NCBI RefSeq assembly: GCF_001457595.1
Contig: NZ_LN831039.1
Location: 3,840,001-3,872,000 of the forward strand
Source: Mycolicibacterium smegmatis
Lineage (GTDB): Bacteria > Actinomycetota > Actinomycetes > Mycobacteriales > Mycobacteriaceae
Length of the DNA stretch: 32,000 bases
Reading direction: 5' to 3'
In this document: piece by piece, positions 1 through 9,772 of the stretch
Layout: each line of letters opens with the position of its first letter
Position numbering within the stretch: the stretch's first letter is position 1
Translations under genes and position numbers: made by a program
Notes under the pieces: generated by a model
Database searches by the model: none
Told to the model about the DNA's origin: nothing
Seen by the model: the letters and a program-made list of their open reading frames with translations, nothing else

Positions 1-3000
1 AGGAGCTGATCGAACGATTCCTGCGTGTGCTCGCGGCCATGATCGACGATCCGGAACGGAGAGTATCGACGATCGACGTGCTCGGCACCTCCGAGCGTGA
101 GCGGCTCGACAGCTGGTGCCGGCGAGAGCGGCTACGTGGAAAGGGTTCTGGTTCCTCATCGATTCCGGAACGATTCTCCGCACAGGTCGTTCGGACCCCG
201 GATTCGGTTGCGGTCACGTGCGGCGGAGAGTCGCTGACCTATGCAGAGCTCGACGAGACCGCCGATCGATTGGCAAACCTGTTGACCTTGCATGGCGCAG
301 GGCCGGGCACCTACGTCGCCATCATGTTGCCCCGATGCGCACAAGCGATTGTGGCGATCCTCGCCGTGCTCAAGACCGGTGCGGCATATCTGCCCATCGA
401 CCCGGTCCTGCCGGACGCACGTGTGCAGTTCATGCTCGATGACACCGCGCCGATCGCCGCGGTCACCAACGATGAGCTGCGCTCCCGGTTCGACGGGTTC
501 GCCGGGGTGGTCGTGGAGGCCGACGATCCGGCCATGTCCCTTCACCCCACCACCGCACTGCTGGCCCCCGCCGCCGATGACATCGCCTACGTCATCTACA
601 CGTCGGGCACCACCGGACGACCCAAAGGCGTGGCTGTCACCCATCACAACGTCACTCGGCTCTTCGACGCGCCCTATCCCGGTCTCACGTTCGGGTCTGG
701 CCAGGTCTGGACCCAATGCCACTCGACGGGATTCGACTTCTCGGTGTGGGAGATATGGAGCGCGCTGCTCCACGGAGGGCGGCTCGTGGTGGTGCCCGAG
801 TCCGTCACCAGCTCACCGAGCGACCTCCATGAACTTCTCGTCACCGAACACGTCACCATGTTCAGCCAGACACCGGCCGCTGCTGCGGCTCTGTCGCACA
901 CCGGCTTGGAGGATCTGACGCTGGTGGTCGGCGGAGAAGCGTGCCCGAGTGAGGTGGTTCAGCGCTGGGCGCCCAAGCGCACGATGATCAACGGGTACGG
1001 ACCAACCGAGACCACCGTATTCGCCTCCACCAGTGAGCCTTTGAATCCGTCCTCCCCGGGTGATGTTCCAATCGGCGCACCGGTACCCGGCGCCGCCGTG
1101 TTCGTCCTGGACTCGTGGCTGCGTCCGGTCCCACCGGGCGTCGCGGGTGAGGTCTACGTCGCCGGCGGCGGTGTGACCGTCGGCTACGTGCACCGGCCTG
1201 GTATGACCGCGTCGCGCTTCGTGGCTTGTCCGTTCGCGGCGGACGGCAGCCGGATGTATCGCACCGGTGACCTCGCTCGCTGGGGAACCGACGGCCAGCT
1301 GCGTTATCTCGGGCGTGCCGACGATCAAGTGAAGATCCGCGGCTTCCGGATCGAACTCGGCGAGATCCAATGTGCGCTCGCCGACCTCGACGGGGTCGAC
1401 CAAGCGGCCGTCGTCGTGCGCGAGGACCAGCCCGGTGACAAGCGACTGGTCGGCTACATCACCGGCACCATGGACCCGGCCGTGGCACGTGAAATGCTTG
1501 CCGATCACCTGCCGCCCTACATGGTTCCGGCGGCCGTCCTGCGGTTGGACACGCTACCTGTGACCGTCAACGGCAAACTCGATCAGCGCGCGCTCCCCGT
1601 GCCCGGGTACGGCAACACCCGGATTCATCGCCCGCCTGTGACCCGGACCGAGAAGGTGGTCGCGGGCGTCTTCGGCCAGGTGCTCGGTGTAGAGCAGGTC
1701 GGCATCGACGACTCGTTCTTCGATCTGGGCGGCGACTCCATCTCAGCCATGCGGTGCGTCGCCGCAATCAACACCGCACTGGATGTCGGAGTCGGAGTGC
1801 AGGATTTACTGCAGGCACCGCAGGTTCGCCTGTTGAGCAGGCAGATTGAGGGCGTCGGCGAAACCGACACGTTGGCCGCAGGCGGCGCAACCGTGGAGTC
1901 GGTGCACGGATCAGCCGACGTCACCGAGATCCGTGCCGCCGATCTGACACTGGACAAGTTCATCGACGACGCGGCATTGTCCGCGGCGCGGAACTTACCC
2001 CGAACCGACGCGAAGATCCGCACGGTGCTGTTGACCGGTGCGACCGGGTTCCTCGGACGATTTCTCGTGTTGGAATGGCTGCAGCGGTTGGAGCCTGTCG
2101 ACGGGAAACTGGTGTGCCTGGTTCGGGCCGCGTCCGACGCCGAGGCCCGTGTGCGACTTGAAAAGGTGTTCGACTGTGGTGACCCGCTGTTGCTCAATCG
2201 CTTTCGGCAGTTGTCGACGAACCGCCTGCAGGTGGTGGCCGGCGACAAGAGCGCAGCAGCACTGGGCCTCGACCAGGAGACCTGGACCGAGTTGGCTGCG
2301 TCGGTCGATCTGGTCATCGACTCCGCGGGCTTCGTCAACGGCATCCTGCCGTACCGGGAGTTCTTCGGCCCCAACGTCGCAGGCACCGCCGAGGTGATCC
2401 GGTTCGCACTCACCACAAAACTCAAGTCCTACGCCTACGTGTCGACCGCCGATGTGCGCCAACAGATCGATCCCGCGGCCTTCACCGAGGACGCCGACAT
2501 CCGCGTCATCAGCCCGAGCCGGCAGATGGACGCCGGCTATGCCAGCGGATACGGCAACAGCAAGTGGGCCGGCGAGGTCCTGTTGCGCGAGGCGCACGAC
2601 CTGTGCGGACTCCCGGTGCGAGTGTTCCGCTGCGACATGATCCTCACCGACACGACGTATTCCGGTCAGCTCAACCTGCCGGACAACTTCACCCGGATGG
2701 TGTTGAGCGTCGTGTCAACCGGTTTGGCGCCGGCATCGTTCTATCAACTGGACAACACCGGTGAGCGGCAACGTGCCCACTACGATGCGCTCCCCGTCGG
2801 GTTCGTGGCGGAGGCGATCAGCACGCTCAGCGTCGGCGCAGTCGACGGATTCGAGACCTACCACGTGATGAATCCTCATGACGACGGCGTCGGAGCCGAC
2901 CAGTACGTCGACTGGCTGATCGAGGCCGGCTATCCGATCCGGCGCATCGCTGACTTCGCTGAATGGTTGCGGCGCTTCGAAACCGCGCTCCGTTCCCTTC

Positions 3001-3266
3001 CTGAGCGGCAGCGCCAACATTCGGTTCTACAGATCCTCACCGCACGTCACGACCTGGCTCAGGGCGCCGACCTACAGGCCCCTGAGCCCACGCTCGGCTC
3101 GTACGGACCCACCGACCGGTTCCGCGCCGCGGTCCGTGAACACCGGATCGGCGGGGAGGGTGACATTCCCCACGTGACACCGCAAATCATCATCAAATAC
3201 GTCGCCGATCTGCAGCGCCTGGGGCTGCTCGATGCCCACCCCACATCCGCACCGCGGTCCGCGTAG
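1..3266 (+). CDS. Non-ribosomal peptide synthetase, 3' part (end of condensation domain, adenylation, PCP, terminal thioester reductase); 5' end lies outside the window
   Basis: The frame is open from nt 3 ([20 protein letters not shown] looks like the end of a C domain). A-domain core motifs: [72 protein letters not shown] motif [12 protein letters not shown]. Reductase motifs [10 protein letters not shown] and YGNSKWAGE. Stop TAG at 3264-3266. Confidence 0.9.
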   Translation, partial: ELIERFLRVLAAMIDDPERRVSTIDVLGTSERERLDSWCRRERLRGKGSGSSSIPERFSAQVVRTPDSVAVTCGGESLTYAELDETADRLANLLTLHGAGPGTYVAIMLPRCAQAIVAILAVLKTGAAYLPIDPVLPDARVQFMLDDTAPIAAVTNDELRSRFDGFAGVVVEADDPAMSLHPTTALLAPAADDIAYVIYTSGTTGRPKGVAVTHHNVTRLFDAPYPGLTFGSGQVWTQCHSTGFDFSVWEIWSALLHGGRLVVVPESVTSSPSDLHELLVTEHVTMFSQTPAAAAALSHTGLEDLTLVVGGEACPSEVVQRWAPKRTMINGYGPTETTVFASTSEPLNPSSPGDVPIGAPVPGAAVFVLDSWLRPVPPGVAGEVYVAGGGVTVGYVHRPGMTASRFVACPFAADGSRMYRTGDLARWGTDGQLRYLGRADDQVKIRGFRIELGEIQCALADLDGVDQAAVVVREDQPGDKRLVGYITGTMDPAVAREMLADHLPPYMVPAAVLRLDTLPVTVNGKLDQRALPVPGYGNTRIHRPPVTRTEKVVAGVFGQVLGVEQVGIDDSFFDLGGDSISAMRCVAAINTALDVGVGVQDLLQAPQVRLLSRQIEGVGETDTLAAGGATVESVHGSADVTEIRAADLTLDKFIDDAALSAARNLPRTDAKIRTVLLTGATGFLGRFLVLEWLQRLEPVDGKLVCLVRAASDAEARVRLEKVFDCGDPLLLNRFRQLSTNRLQVVAGDKSAAALGLDQETWTELAASVDLVIDSAGFVNGILPYREFFGPNVAGTAEVIRFALTTKLKSYAYVSTADVRQQIDPAAFTEDADIRVISPSRQMDAGYASGYGNSKWAGEVLLREAHDLCGLPVRVFRCDMILTDTTYSGQLNLPDNFTRMVLSVVSTGLAPASFYQLDNTGERQRAHYDALPVGFVAEAISTLSVGAVDGFETYHVMNPHDDGVGADQYVDWLIEAGYPIRRIADFAEWLRRFETALRSLPERQRQHSVLQILTARHDLAQGADLQAPEPTLGSYGPTDRFRAAVREHRIGGEGDIPHVTPQIIIKYVADLQRLGLLDAHPTSAPRSA

Positions 3267-3274
3267 TCGCACAC

Positions 3275-3340
3275 CTCCGCGATTGTGAAACGTCAGCGAA
3301 AAATCGGCCGAAATATCGCAGAGGTTTCACACTCGCGGAG
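3275..3340. repeat. 17-bp inverted repeat (1 mismatch) with a 32-nt spacer directly after the NRPS stop; possible terminator or regulatory hairpin
   Basis: CTCCGCGATTGTGAAAC (3275-3291) pairs with GTTTCACACTCGCGGAG (3324-3340). The reverse complement of the right arm differs from the left arm at one base. Confidence 0.35.
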
Positions 3341-3526
3341 TTTCTGCTGAGTAGAACTGGCCAGAAATTGTCAGCAAACCACCTCGGATTGCTGTCTTTC
3401 CTTTTCTGAAAGTTCGCTGGGAGAAGCGTCGTCGAGTCTGCGCAGCGGAATGCATTTCTCACGTCGAAAACTCCCGCCGGCGCATGTCACCCCGGCAACC
3501 GAATACGTCGTGACCGCGTCAAGTTT

Positions 3527-3581
3527 CTTGATATCAAGCCTTGTGAGCTGCGGATTCTTGTCGTACCGTCAACCAGGTTGA
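3527..3581. promoter_or_regulatory. Two perfect palindromes in the mmpS upstream region; candidate operator sites
   Basis: CTTGATATCAAG (3527-3538) and TCAACCAGGTTGA (3569-3581), the latter about 58 nt upstream of the mmpS ATG. They lie in a 373-bp comparatively AT-rich intergenic region. Confidence 0.3.
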
Positions 3582-3639
3582 TTAGTAGAACTAGGGGGTT
3601 TCCGTCAGCTCCTGCCGCCGCACATCGAAAGGGTCACGA

Positions 3640-4086
3640 ATGCAGCGGTTTTCGGTCGGAGGACGACTGAGGCAACGCTGGATGTTTCTGGTGGCGATCG
3701 TGGTGATCGTGGTCGCCGGTTTCACCGTGTACAGGCTCCACGGGGTTTTCGCCTCGCAGGACGTCACGTCCACGCCCAGTAATTCCGCCAATGAGATCGT
3801 TCAGTTCAACCCGAAACACGTCGTCATGGAGGTCATGGGCCCGCCAGGCGCGGTAGCCACCGTTACGTATCTGGACGTCGATGCCCAGCCGCAGCGCGCT
3901 GACAATGTCCCGCTGCCCTGGACCTACGACACGACCACCACCCAGCCCGGGGTGTTCGTCAACGTCCAGGCCCAGGGCGACCGCAGCTCGATCGGGTGCC
4001 GCATCACGATCGATGACGACGTCAAGGACGAAAGGTGGGTCAATACCGTGGACGCCTACACGTTTTGTCTGGAGAAGTCCGGATGA
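3640..4086 (+). CDS. mmpS: MmpS family membrane protein
   Basis: 148 aa with a single N-terminal TM (WMFLVAIVVIVVAGFTVY) and an MmpS-type C-terminus (AYTFCLEKSG). Stop TGA 4084-4086 overlaps the mmpL ATG 4083-4085 (ATGA coupling). Confidence 0.9.
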   Translation: MQRFSVGGRLRQRWMFLVAIVVIVVAGFTVYRLHGVFASQDVTSTPSNSANEIVQFNPKHVVMEVMGPPGAVATVTYLDVDAQPQRADNVPLPWTYDTTTTQPGVFVNVQAQGDRSSIGCRITIDDDVKDERWVNTVDAYTFCLEKSG

Positions 4087-6977
4087 GCGCGCGGTTCTCG
4101 GTACCGGCGATTCCGGACCTGATCCGGCGGTTCTCTGTTCTCATCGCGCTGTTCTGGCTGGGCCTGGCAGTCGTGACGAACGTGTTCGTGCCCCAGCTGG
4201 AAACCGTCGCCGAGGCCCACAACGTCTCGTTGAGTCCGCAGGACGCGCCCTCGTTGCAAGCCGCCAAGCGCATCGGCGAGGTGTTCGACGAATTCGATTC
4301 CGACAGTTCGGCAATGATCGTCCTGGAGGGTGACGAGCCGCTGGGCGACGAGGCGCATCGCTACTACGACGGCCTGATCGACAAACTGTCGAAGGACACC
4401 AAGCACGTCGAACACATCCAGAACTTCTGGGGGGATCCGCTGACCGCGGCCGGCTCTCAGAGCCAGGACGGCAAGTCCGCGCTGGTACAGATCTACCTGG
4501 CCGGAAATCAGGGTGAATCGCTGGCCAACGAGTCGGTCGACGCCGTGCGGGCCATCGTCGACGACACGCCTCCGCCACCGGGACTGCGGGCGTATGTCAC
4601 CGGCGCCGCTCCGCTGGTCACCGACCAGTTCGAGGTCGGCAAACAGGGCACGCTGAAAACCACCCTGCTCACTCTCGGCGTGATCGCGGTGATGCTGTTC
4701 TGGCTCTACCGCCGCGTCACCACGGTCCTGGTGGTCATGTTCACGGTGATGATCGAGCTGACGGCCTCCCGAGGGGTCGTCGCGGTGCTCGCGAACGCAG
4801 GCATCATCGACCTCTCGACGTATTCGACAAACCTGTTGACACTGTTGGTGATCGCCGCAGGCACCGACTATGCGATCTTCATCCTCGGCCGGTTCCACGA
4901 GGCCCGCTATGCCGAGCAGGACCGCCTCACCGCGTTCACCACCATGTACCACGGCACCGCGCACGTGATCCTGGGGTCGGGCCTGACGATCGCCGGTGCG
5001 GTGCTCTGCCTGACCTTCACCCGGTTGCCCTACTTCCAAAGTCTCGGTGTCCCCGCGGGCATCGGCGTCCTGGTGGCGGTCGTGGCAGCGCTGACACTGG
5101 CGCCCTCGATCCTCATCATCGGCAGGCACTTCGGCCTGTTCGAACCGAATCGGCCTCTGCGGACCAAGAATTGGCGGCGCATCGGCACCGCAATCGTACG
5201 GTGGCCCGGACCCGTTCTGGTGGTGACCATCGCGGTGGCGCTGATCGGACTCCTGGCTCTCCCGCAGTACACCACGAGTTACAACACCCGGCCGTACCTG
5301 CCCGCCACCGCCCCGGCCAACGTGGGGTACACAGCGGCGGAACGCCACTTCTCCGAGGCCCGTCTGAACCCCGAACTGATGATGATCGAGGCCGATCACG
5401 ACCTGCGTAATCCCACCGACATGATCTTGCTGGAGCGGGTCGCCAAGGCTGTGTTCCACACCGACGGCATCGCGCAGGTGCAGTCGATCACGCGGCCACT
5501 CGGAACACCGTTGGACCACACCTCGATTCCGTTCCAGATCAGCACCGGCAACGCATCGCAGATCAACAATCTGCCCTTCCAGCAAGCGCGAGGGGACGAT
5601 CTGCTCAAGCAGGTCCAGGTGATCAACGACGGCATCGATGTGCTGCGTCAGCAGTATGCGCTGCAGGAACAGTCCGGGGCCATCACCCACGAACAGTCCG
5701 AGGCATTCAAGAAGACCGTCGCCACCGCGCAGGATCTACGCGACAAGATCGCCAACTTCGACGACCAGTTCCGTCCGCTGCGCAACTACTTCTACTGGGA
5801 GCCACACTGCTTCGACATCCCGATGTGCGCCGCGATCCGGTCGGTGTTCGACTCCCTCGACGGAATCGACGAGTTGACCGACCAGTTGGCCAGCGTGTCC
5901 GGCAGCATCGCCAAACTCGATGAACTGCAACCGAAACTGCTCGCGCTGATCCCGCCACAGATCGCCAACCAGGAAGCCAACCGTGATCTGACGATGTCGA
6001 ACTACGCGACCACCACCGGTCAGAACGCACAGGCCGAGGAGTCGCTGGAAAACTCGACGGCGTTGGGTCAGGCGTTCGACGCGGCGAAGGTCGATGACTC
6101 GTTCTATCTACCGCCGGAGGCGTTCACCAACCCCGAGTTCCAGCGCGGCCTGAAGCTGTTCCTGTCGCCCGACGGCAAAGCGGCCCGGCTGATCATCACC
6201 CACGAGGGGGATCCCGCGTCACCAGAGGGCATCTCGCACATCGAGGCCATCCGGCACGCAGCCAAGGAAGCCGTCAAGGGCACTCCCCTGGCCGGGTCGA
6301 AGATCTATCTCGCAGGCACCGCGGCCACCTACAAGGACATCGCCGACGGCGCCGAATACGACCTGATGATCGCGGCGATCGCTGCACTCACCCTGATCCT
6401 GTTGGTGATGATGTTCGTCACCCGCAGCCTGGTCGCCGCACTGGTGATCGTGGGAACCGTGGCATTGTCGCTGGGCGCCTCGTTCGGGTTGTCGGTGCTG
6501 ATCTGGCAGGACCTTTTCGGCATCGAATTGTTCTGGATCGTGCTGGCGCTGGCGGTGATCCTGCTGTTGGCCGTGGGGTCCGATTACAACCTGCTGCTGA
6601 TATCCAGACTCAAGGAGGAGATCGACGCGGGCGTCAACACCGGCATCATCCGCGCCATGGCCGGTTCCGGGTCGGTGGTCACCGCGGCAGGGCTGGTGTT
6701 CGCGGCCACCATGGCCTCGTTCCTGTTCGCCGACCTGCGGGTGCTCGGGCAGATCGGGACGACCATCGCACTGGGTCTGTTGTTCGACACGCTGATCGTG
6801 CGCTCGTTCATGACACCGTCGATCGCCGCGCTGCTCGGCCGGTGGTTCTGGTGGCCGCTGCGGGTACGCCCGCGCCCGGCCAGCCAGATGCTCCGGCCGT
6901 ACGGTTCTCGCTCGGCGGTCCGGCAGCTGCTGCTGTGGGAGGACGATGATCCGGCCGTGGCACCAGTGCGCAAGTGA
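4083..6977 (+). CDS. mmpL: MmpL family RND-type transporter
   Basis: 964 aa counted from ATG 4083. The ORF-track start at 4035 lies inside mmpS. N-terminus MSARFSVPAIPDLIRRFSVLIALFWLGLAV, with two blocks of multiple TM helices separated by large soluble loops, typical of MMPL proteins. Confidence 0.9.
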   Translation: MSARFSVPAIPDLIRRFSVLIALFWLGLAVVTNVFVPQLETVAEAHNVSLSPQDAPSLQAAKRIGEVFDEFDSDSSAMIVLEGDEPLGDEAHRYYDGLIDKLSKDTKHVEHIQNFWGDPLTAAGSQSQDGKSALVQIYLAGNQGESLANESVDAVRAIVDDTPPPPGLRAYVTGAAPLVTDQFEVGKQGTLKTTLLTLGVIAVMLFWLYRRVTTVLVVMFTVMIELTASRGVVAVLANAGIIDLSTYSTNLLTLLVIAAGTDYAIFILGRFHEARYAEQDRLTAFTTMYHGTAHVILGSGLTIAGAVLCLTFTRLPYFQSLGVPAGIGVLVAVVAALTLAPSILIIGRHFGLFEPNRPLRTKNWRRIGTAIVRWPGPVLVVTIAVALIGLLALPQYTTSYNTRPYLPATAPANVGYTAAERHFSEARLNPELMMIEADHDLRNPTDMILLERVAKAVFHTDGIAQVQSITRPLGTPLDHTSIPFQISTGNASQINNLPFQQARGDDLLKQVQVINDGIDVLRQQYALQEQSGAITHEQSEAFKKTVATAQDLRDKIANFDDQFRPLRNYFYWEPHCFDIPMCAAIRSVFDSLDGIDELTDQLASVSGSIAKLDELQPKLLALIPPQIANQEANRDLTMSNYATTTGQNAQAEESLENSTALGQAFDAAKVDDSFYLPPEAFTNPEFQRGLKLFLSPDGKAARLIITHEGDPASPEGISHIEAIRHAAKEAVKGTPLAGSKIYLAGTAATYKDIADGAEYDLMIAAIAALTLILLVMMFVTRSLVAALVIVGTVALSLGASFGLSVLIWQDLFGIELFWIVLALAVILLLAVGSDYNLLLISRLKEEIDAGVNTGIIRAMAGSGSVVTAAGLVFAATMASFLFADLRVLGQIGTTIALGLLFDTLIVRSFMTPSIAALLGRWFWWPLRVRPRPASQMLRPYGSRSAVRQLLLWEDDDPAVAPVRK

Positions 6978-6992
6978 GAGAGAGGAATAGAA

Positions 6993-7481
6993 ATGATCTG
7001 GGGTGATCTCACGATTCTGGCCGGGGTCATGATCGTGGTGTTCGGCGCATGCATGTTCGTCTACGTGAGCCGGCTGGAAAAGCGCCCGCCCGCCGCGCTG
7101 GGCGAGCAGGTGGGCGCCCACAAGGCCGTGCTGGCCAAACTGCGCAAGCGTCAGCCGCTGACCCGCGACGAGTACGACTACGCCACCGAACTGGTCACCG
7201 ACGTCCGCTCGCCGCTGGCGTACGCGCTTCCCGGAGTCATGTTCAGCATGGGGTTCTTCTACGTGGTCGGATGCCTCTACGAGCTGCATGTGCACGGCGG
7301 TGATCCGTCGTTCCGTACGTTCGTCGGCCTCTTTCCGATGCTCAGCTCCGTCAACATCGCCGCTCAGTTGCGTCGCGTCGCGGGGTTGAAAGGCAAACTG
7401 CGGGACGCCACGGTGCTCGACGACGACACCGCGCCTGTGATGACTCCGGCCGGCCGGCACAGCGCCCCGACGGGGGCGTGA
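6993..7481 (+). CDS. Hypothetical small membrane protein downstream of mmpL
   Basis: 162 aa. ATG preceded by a purine-rich SD (GAGAGAGAGGAA). Hydrophobic segments ILAGVMIVVFGACMFVYV and GVMFSMGFFYVVGCLY. I recognise no family. Confidence 0.55.
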   Translation: MIWGDLTILAGVMIVVFGACMFVYVSRLEKRPPAALGEQVGAHKAVLAKLRKRQPLTRDEYDYATELVTDVRSPLAYALPGVMFSMGFFYVVGCLYELHVHGGDPSFRTFVGLFPMLSSVNIAAQLRRVAGLKGKLRDATVLDDDTAPVMTPAGRHSAPTGA

Positions 7482-7516
7482 ACAATTCGCGTAGTCGGCT
7501 ACTCGTGAGCGCGGCC

Positions 7517-7541
7517 CGAGGAAACACATAGCGTTTTCTCG
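7517..7541 (+). terminator. Candidate hairpin terminator after the mmpS-mmpL-ORF162 unit
   Basis: CGAGGAAAC (7517-7525) pairs with GUUUUCUCG (7533-7541), a 9-bp stem if one G-U pair is allowed, with a 7-nt loop. It lies 36 nt after the stop at 7481. Confidence 0.3.
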
Positions 7542-7616
7542 ACGGTGAAAATGTTCATCGCCGCCGCGCAGCCCTTGCTGTGCCTCACGAACTCATCTGG
7601 CCGAAGGGATCATTCG

Positions 7617-8603
7617 ATGAGTACACCGACAAAAACCAACAAACGCTCGAGCCTGACGAAGTACGAGGCGATCGGCTCGACCGGAGACCCGACGACCGCC
7701 GAGTCGTTGATCGTGGCGACCGAGTACGAGTCGTTGATCGTGGCGACCGAGTACGAGTCGCCGAACGGCCTGGATCTCAACAACACCGACCCGGACCAAC
7801 GCCGAGGTCGCCGCGCGTGGGTTGGTCGAACATGCCGAGCCCGGATCGACCGGTTCTGAGGAGGACGAGTCCGCGCCCGCGCTGCTCGACGCCATCGTCG
7901 GAAGCTATCCGGAACTCGAAGAGGTCGCCGAGGTCATCATCGGCGCCGACAACCGGGTCCGCGTCGCCAACACCACCGTGTACCCGTGGCGGGCCATCTG
8001 CGCACTGCAGATCACCGCCGCCGACAACCGCCGATTCATCGGGACGGGGTGGCTGATCAGCCCGCGCACCGTGATCACCGCCGGGCATTGTGTCTACATG
8101 CACGACGCGGGCGGCTGGGCCAGGTCGATCAAGGTGATCCCGGGCTGCAACGACGGCAGCGAGCCGTTCGGAAGCTACACCGGAACCGTGCTCCGCAGCG
8201 TCACCGGATGGACGTCAAGCAAGAACCGCGAACACGACTACGGTGCGATCATCCTGCCGTCCTCGTCACGTCCGGGAGGGCAGACCGGAACGTTCGGCCT
8301 CGCGGTGAGAAACGATGGGTTCCTGATGAATTCGGCACTCAACCTGTCCGGCTATCCCGGTGACAAGGGCGGCCGCCAGCAGTGGTTCATGGCGCAGCCC
8401 CCAAGCGGGTGTCGGACCGGGTGATCACCTATGACATCGACACCATGGGCGGGCAGAGCGGCTCACCGGTCTGGGTGCTCGAAAACGGCCAGCGTTACGG
8501 GGTCGGAGTGCACACCAACGGGAGTTCCTCCGGTAACTCGGCCACCCGCATCAACACCGCCGTGTTCAACAACATGGTGAACTGGAAGAACGCGGGGCTC
8601 TGA
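7617..8603 (+). pseudogene. Trypsin-like serine protease (S1 family, V8/Glu-endopeptidase-like), interrupted by one certain and one probable frameshift; no signal peptide
   Basis: Three ORF pieces. Frame 3, 7617-7859: ATG with a GAAGGGA SD, MSTPTKTNK.... Frame 1, to 8424: catalytic His TAGHCVY, Asp in EHDYGAI, GYPGDKG. Frame 3, 8382-8603: catalytic Ser GGQSGSPVW. The second shift maps to a C5 run at 8398-8402; one extra C would read ...AQPPKRVSDRVITYDIDT. The first shift (about 7797-7822) is inferred because frame 1 has no start before a weak TTG at 7822. Confidence 0.7.
7701..7760 (+). repeat. Perfect 27-bp tandem duplication (2.2 copies) inside the protease N-terminal region
   Basis: GAGTCGTTGATCGTGGCGACCGAGTAC at 7701-7727 and 7728-7754, then GAGTCG. 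It is in frame and encodes ESLIVATEY twice. Confidence 0.95.
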
Positions 8604-8610
8604 AATCTCC

Positions 8611-8853
8611 GTGGTCATCGTTGTTTTCGAGGATTCCGCCGGTCGCCCGCTGGCTGATGCCGTGGTCAGCATCGCCAGTGCGCCCGGCGAGATCCGCGAT
8701 ATCGGCATGGTCACCGACGAGCACGGCGAGATCGCGCTCGGTGACGCCGACGATGGGATCTACGATTTCGCGGTGTTCTCGGCCGGTACGTCACACCGTG
8801 TGTCGGCCCGGATCACCGGTTCGGATTCGCGGGTCACCGTCGTCGTGCAGTGA
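8611..8853 (+). CDS. Small beta-sandwich protein (carboxypeptidase-regulatory-like / Ig-like pattern), 80 aa
   Basis: GTG start 8 nt after the protease stop. The pattern VVIVVFEDSAGRPLADAVVSI...TDEHGEIALGD..DGIYDFAVFSAG...VTVVV resembles CarboxypepD_reg-type domains. Confidence 0.5.
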   Translation: MVIVVFEDSAGRPLADAVVSIASAPGEIRDIGMVTDEHGEIALGDADDGIYDFAVFSAGTSHRVSARITGSDSRVTVVVQ

Positions 8854-8875
8854 CGTCGCGCGTTCGCCAGACCCG

Positions 8876-9772
8876 TCACGTCGCGACATGTAGCAGCTCG
8901 CTCAGCCCGGTGCGGTGCATCATCTCGGCCTTCAACCGGTCAAGCACCGTGAACCCGACCTGGCCGCCGTCATCGGACGGGTCGACATGCACGCGGAAGG
9001 GCCGCTTGCCGAACGGGGCGTCTACGACCGCGACGACCGCGTCGGCCACGGTGGTGGGATCGGCCTCCGGTGGGACCAACTCGTTGAACGCCTTCTGGAT
9101 GCGCTCCCCGTAGCCGGTATATGGGCCCGCCTCGTACGCGGCGGCCACATCCTCATCCCCCGGCACAGCGGCATTCGCAAACTGATTGGTGCCGGACGTG
9201 AAGGCCCCTGGCACGATGATGGACGTTTCGACGCCCCACAGCGTCAACTCCCGGGCGTAACTGACCGCCAACGCATCCATCGCGGCCTTCGCGGCGAAGT
9301 ACGGTCCCAGATACGGTGGCGTGCCCCCGGCCGCACTGCTGCTCGACATCCACAGCAACAGCCCGCGGCGCCGGGCGCGCATGTGCGGCAGCACTGCACG
9401 GTTGACGCGCTGGGTGCCGACGACATTGATGTCGTACAACTGGGCCATCTGCTCGGCGGTGAACGCCTCGGCGGGGCCGAACGACATATGCCCGGCGTTG
9501 TGCAGGACCACGTCGACCCGCCCCGACTCCCCCAGCACGTGGTCGATCGCCGCATTCACCGACTCCTGGGAGCCGACGTCGAGTTCCACCGACCGCAGAT
9601 CCACGCCGTTCGTCTGCGCGAAGCCGGCGATGGCAGCCACCTGCGCCGCGTTGTGTCCGGCCGTGCCACGCATCGAGGCGTAGACCGTGTACCCGGCCAT
9701 GGCCAGCGCCTCGGCCGAGATCCGGCCGAATCCACTTGCCGCACCGGTGATCAGGACGACATTCGGGGTCAC
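8876..9772 (-). CDS. Short-chain dehydrogenase/reductase (SDR)
   Basis: N-terminal Rossmann motif VVLITGAASGFG, NAG motif (LHNAGHM), and YxxxK (YFAAKAA). The GTG start overlaps the upstream SDR stop (GTGA). Confidence 0.85.
   Translation of the reverse strand: MTPNVVLITGAASGFGRISAEALAMAGYTVYASMRGTAGHNAAQVAAIAGFAQTNGVDLRSVELDVGSQESVNAAIDHVLGESGRVDVVLHNAGHMSFGPAEAFTAEQMAQLYDINVVGTQRVNRAVLPHMRARRRGLLLWMSSSSAAGGTPPYLGPYFAAKAAMDALAVSYARELTLWGVETSIIVPGAFTSGTNQFANAAVPGDEDVAAAYEAGPYTGYGERIQKAFNELVPPEADPTTVADAVVAVVDAPFGKRPFRVHVDPSDDGGQVGFTVLDRLKAEMMHRTGLSELLHVAT

Noticed and set aside
3569-3590. Possible IdeR iron box upstream of mmpS (AACCAGGTTGATTAG)
   Set aside because: There is only a partial resemblance to the TTAGGTTAGGCTAACCTAA consensus as I remember it. 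I kept it only as a generic palindrome.
4056-7529. Long minus-strand ORFs (4056-5690, 544 aa; 6219-7529, 436 aa) antisense to mmpL
   Set aside because: Their Arg/Gly/Pro/His-rich low-complexity translations are typical of shadow frames in high-GC DNA. The plus strand encodes a clearly recognisable MmpL.
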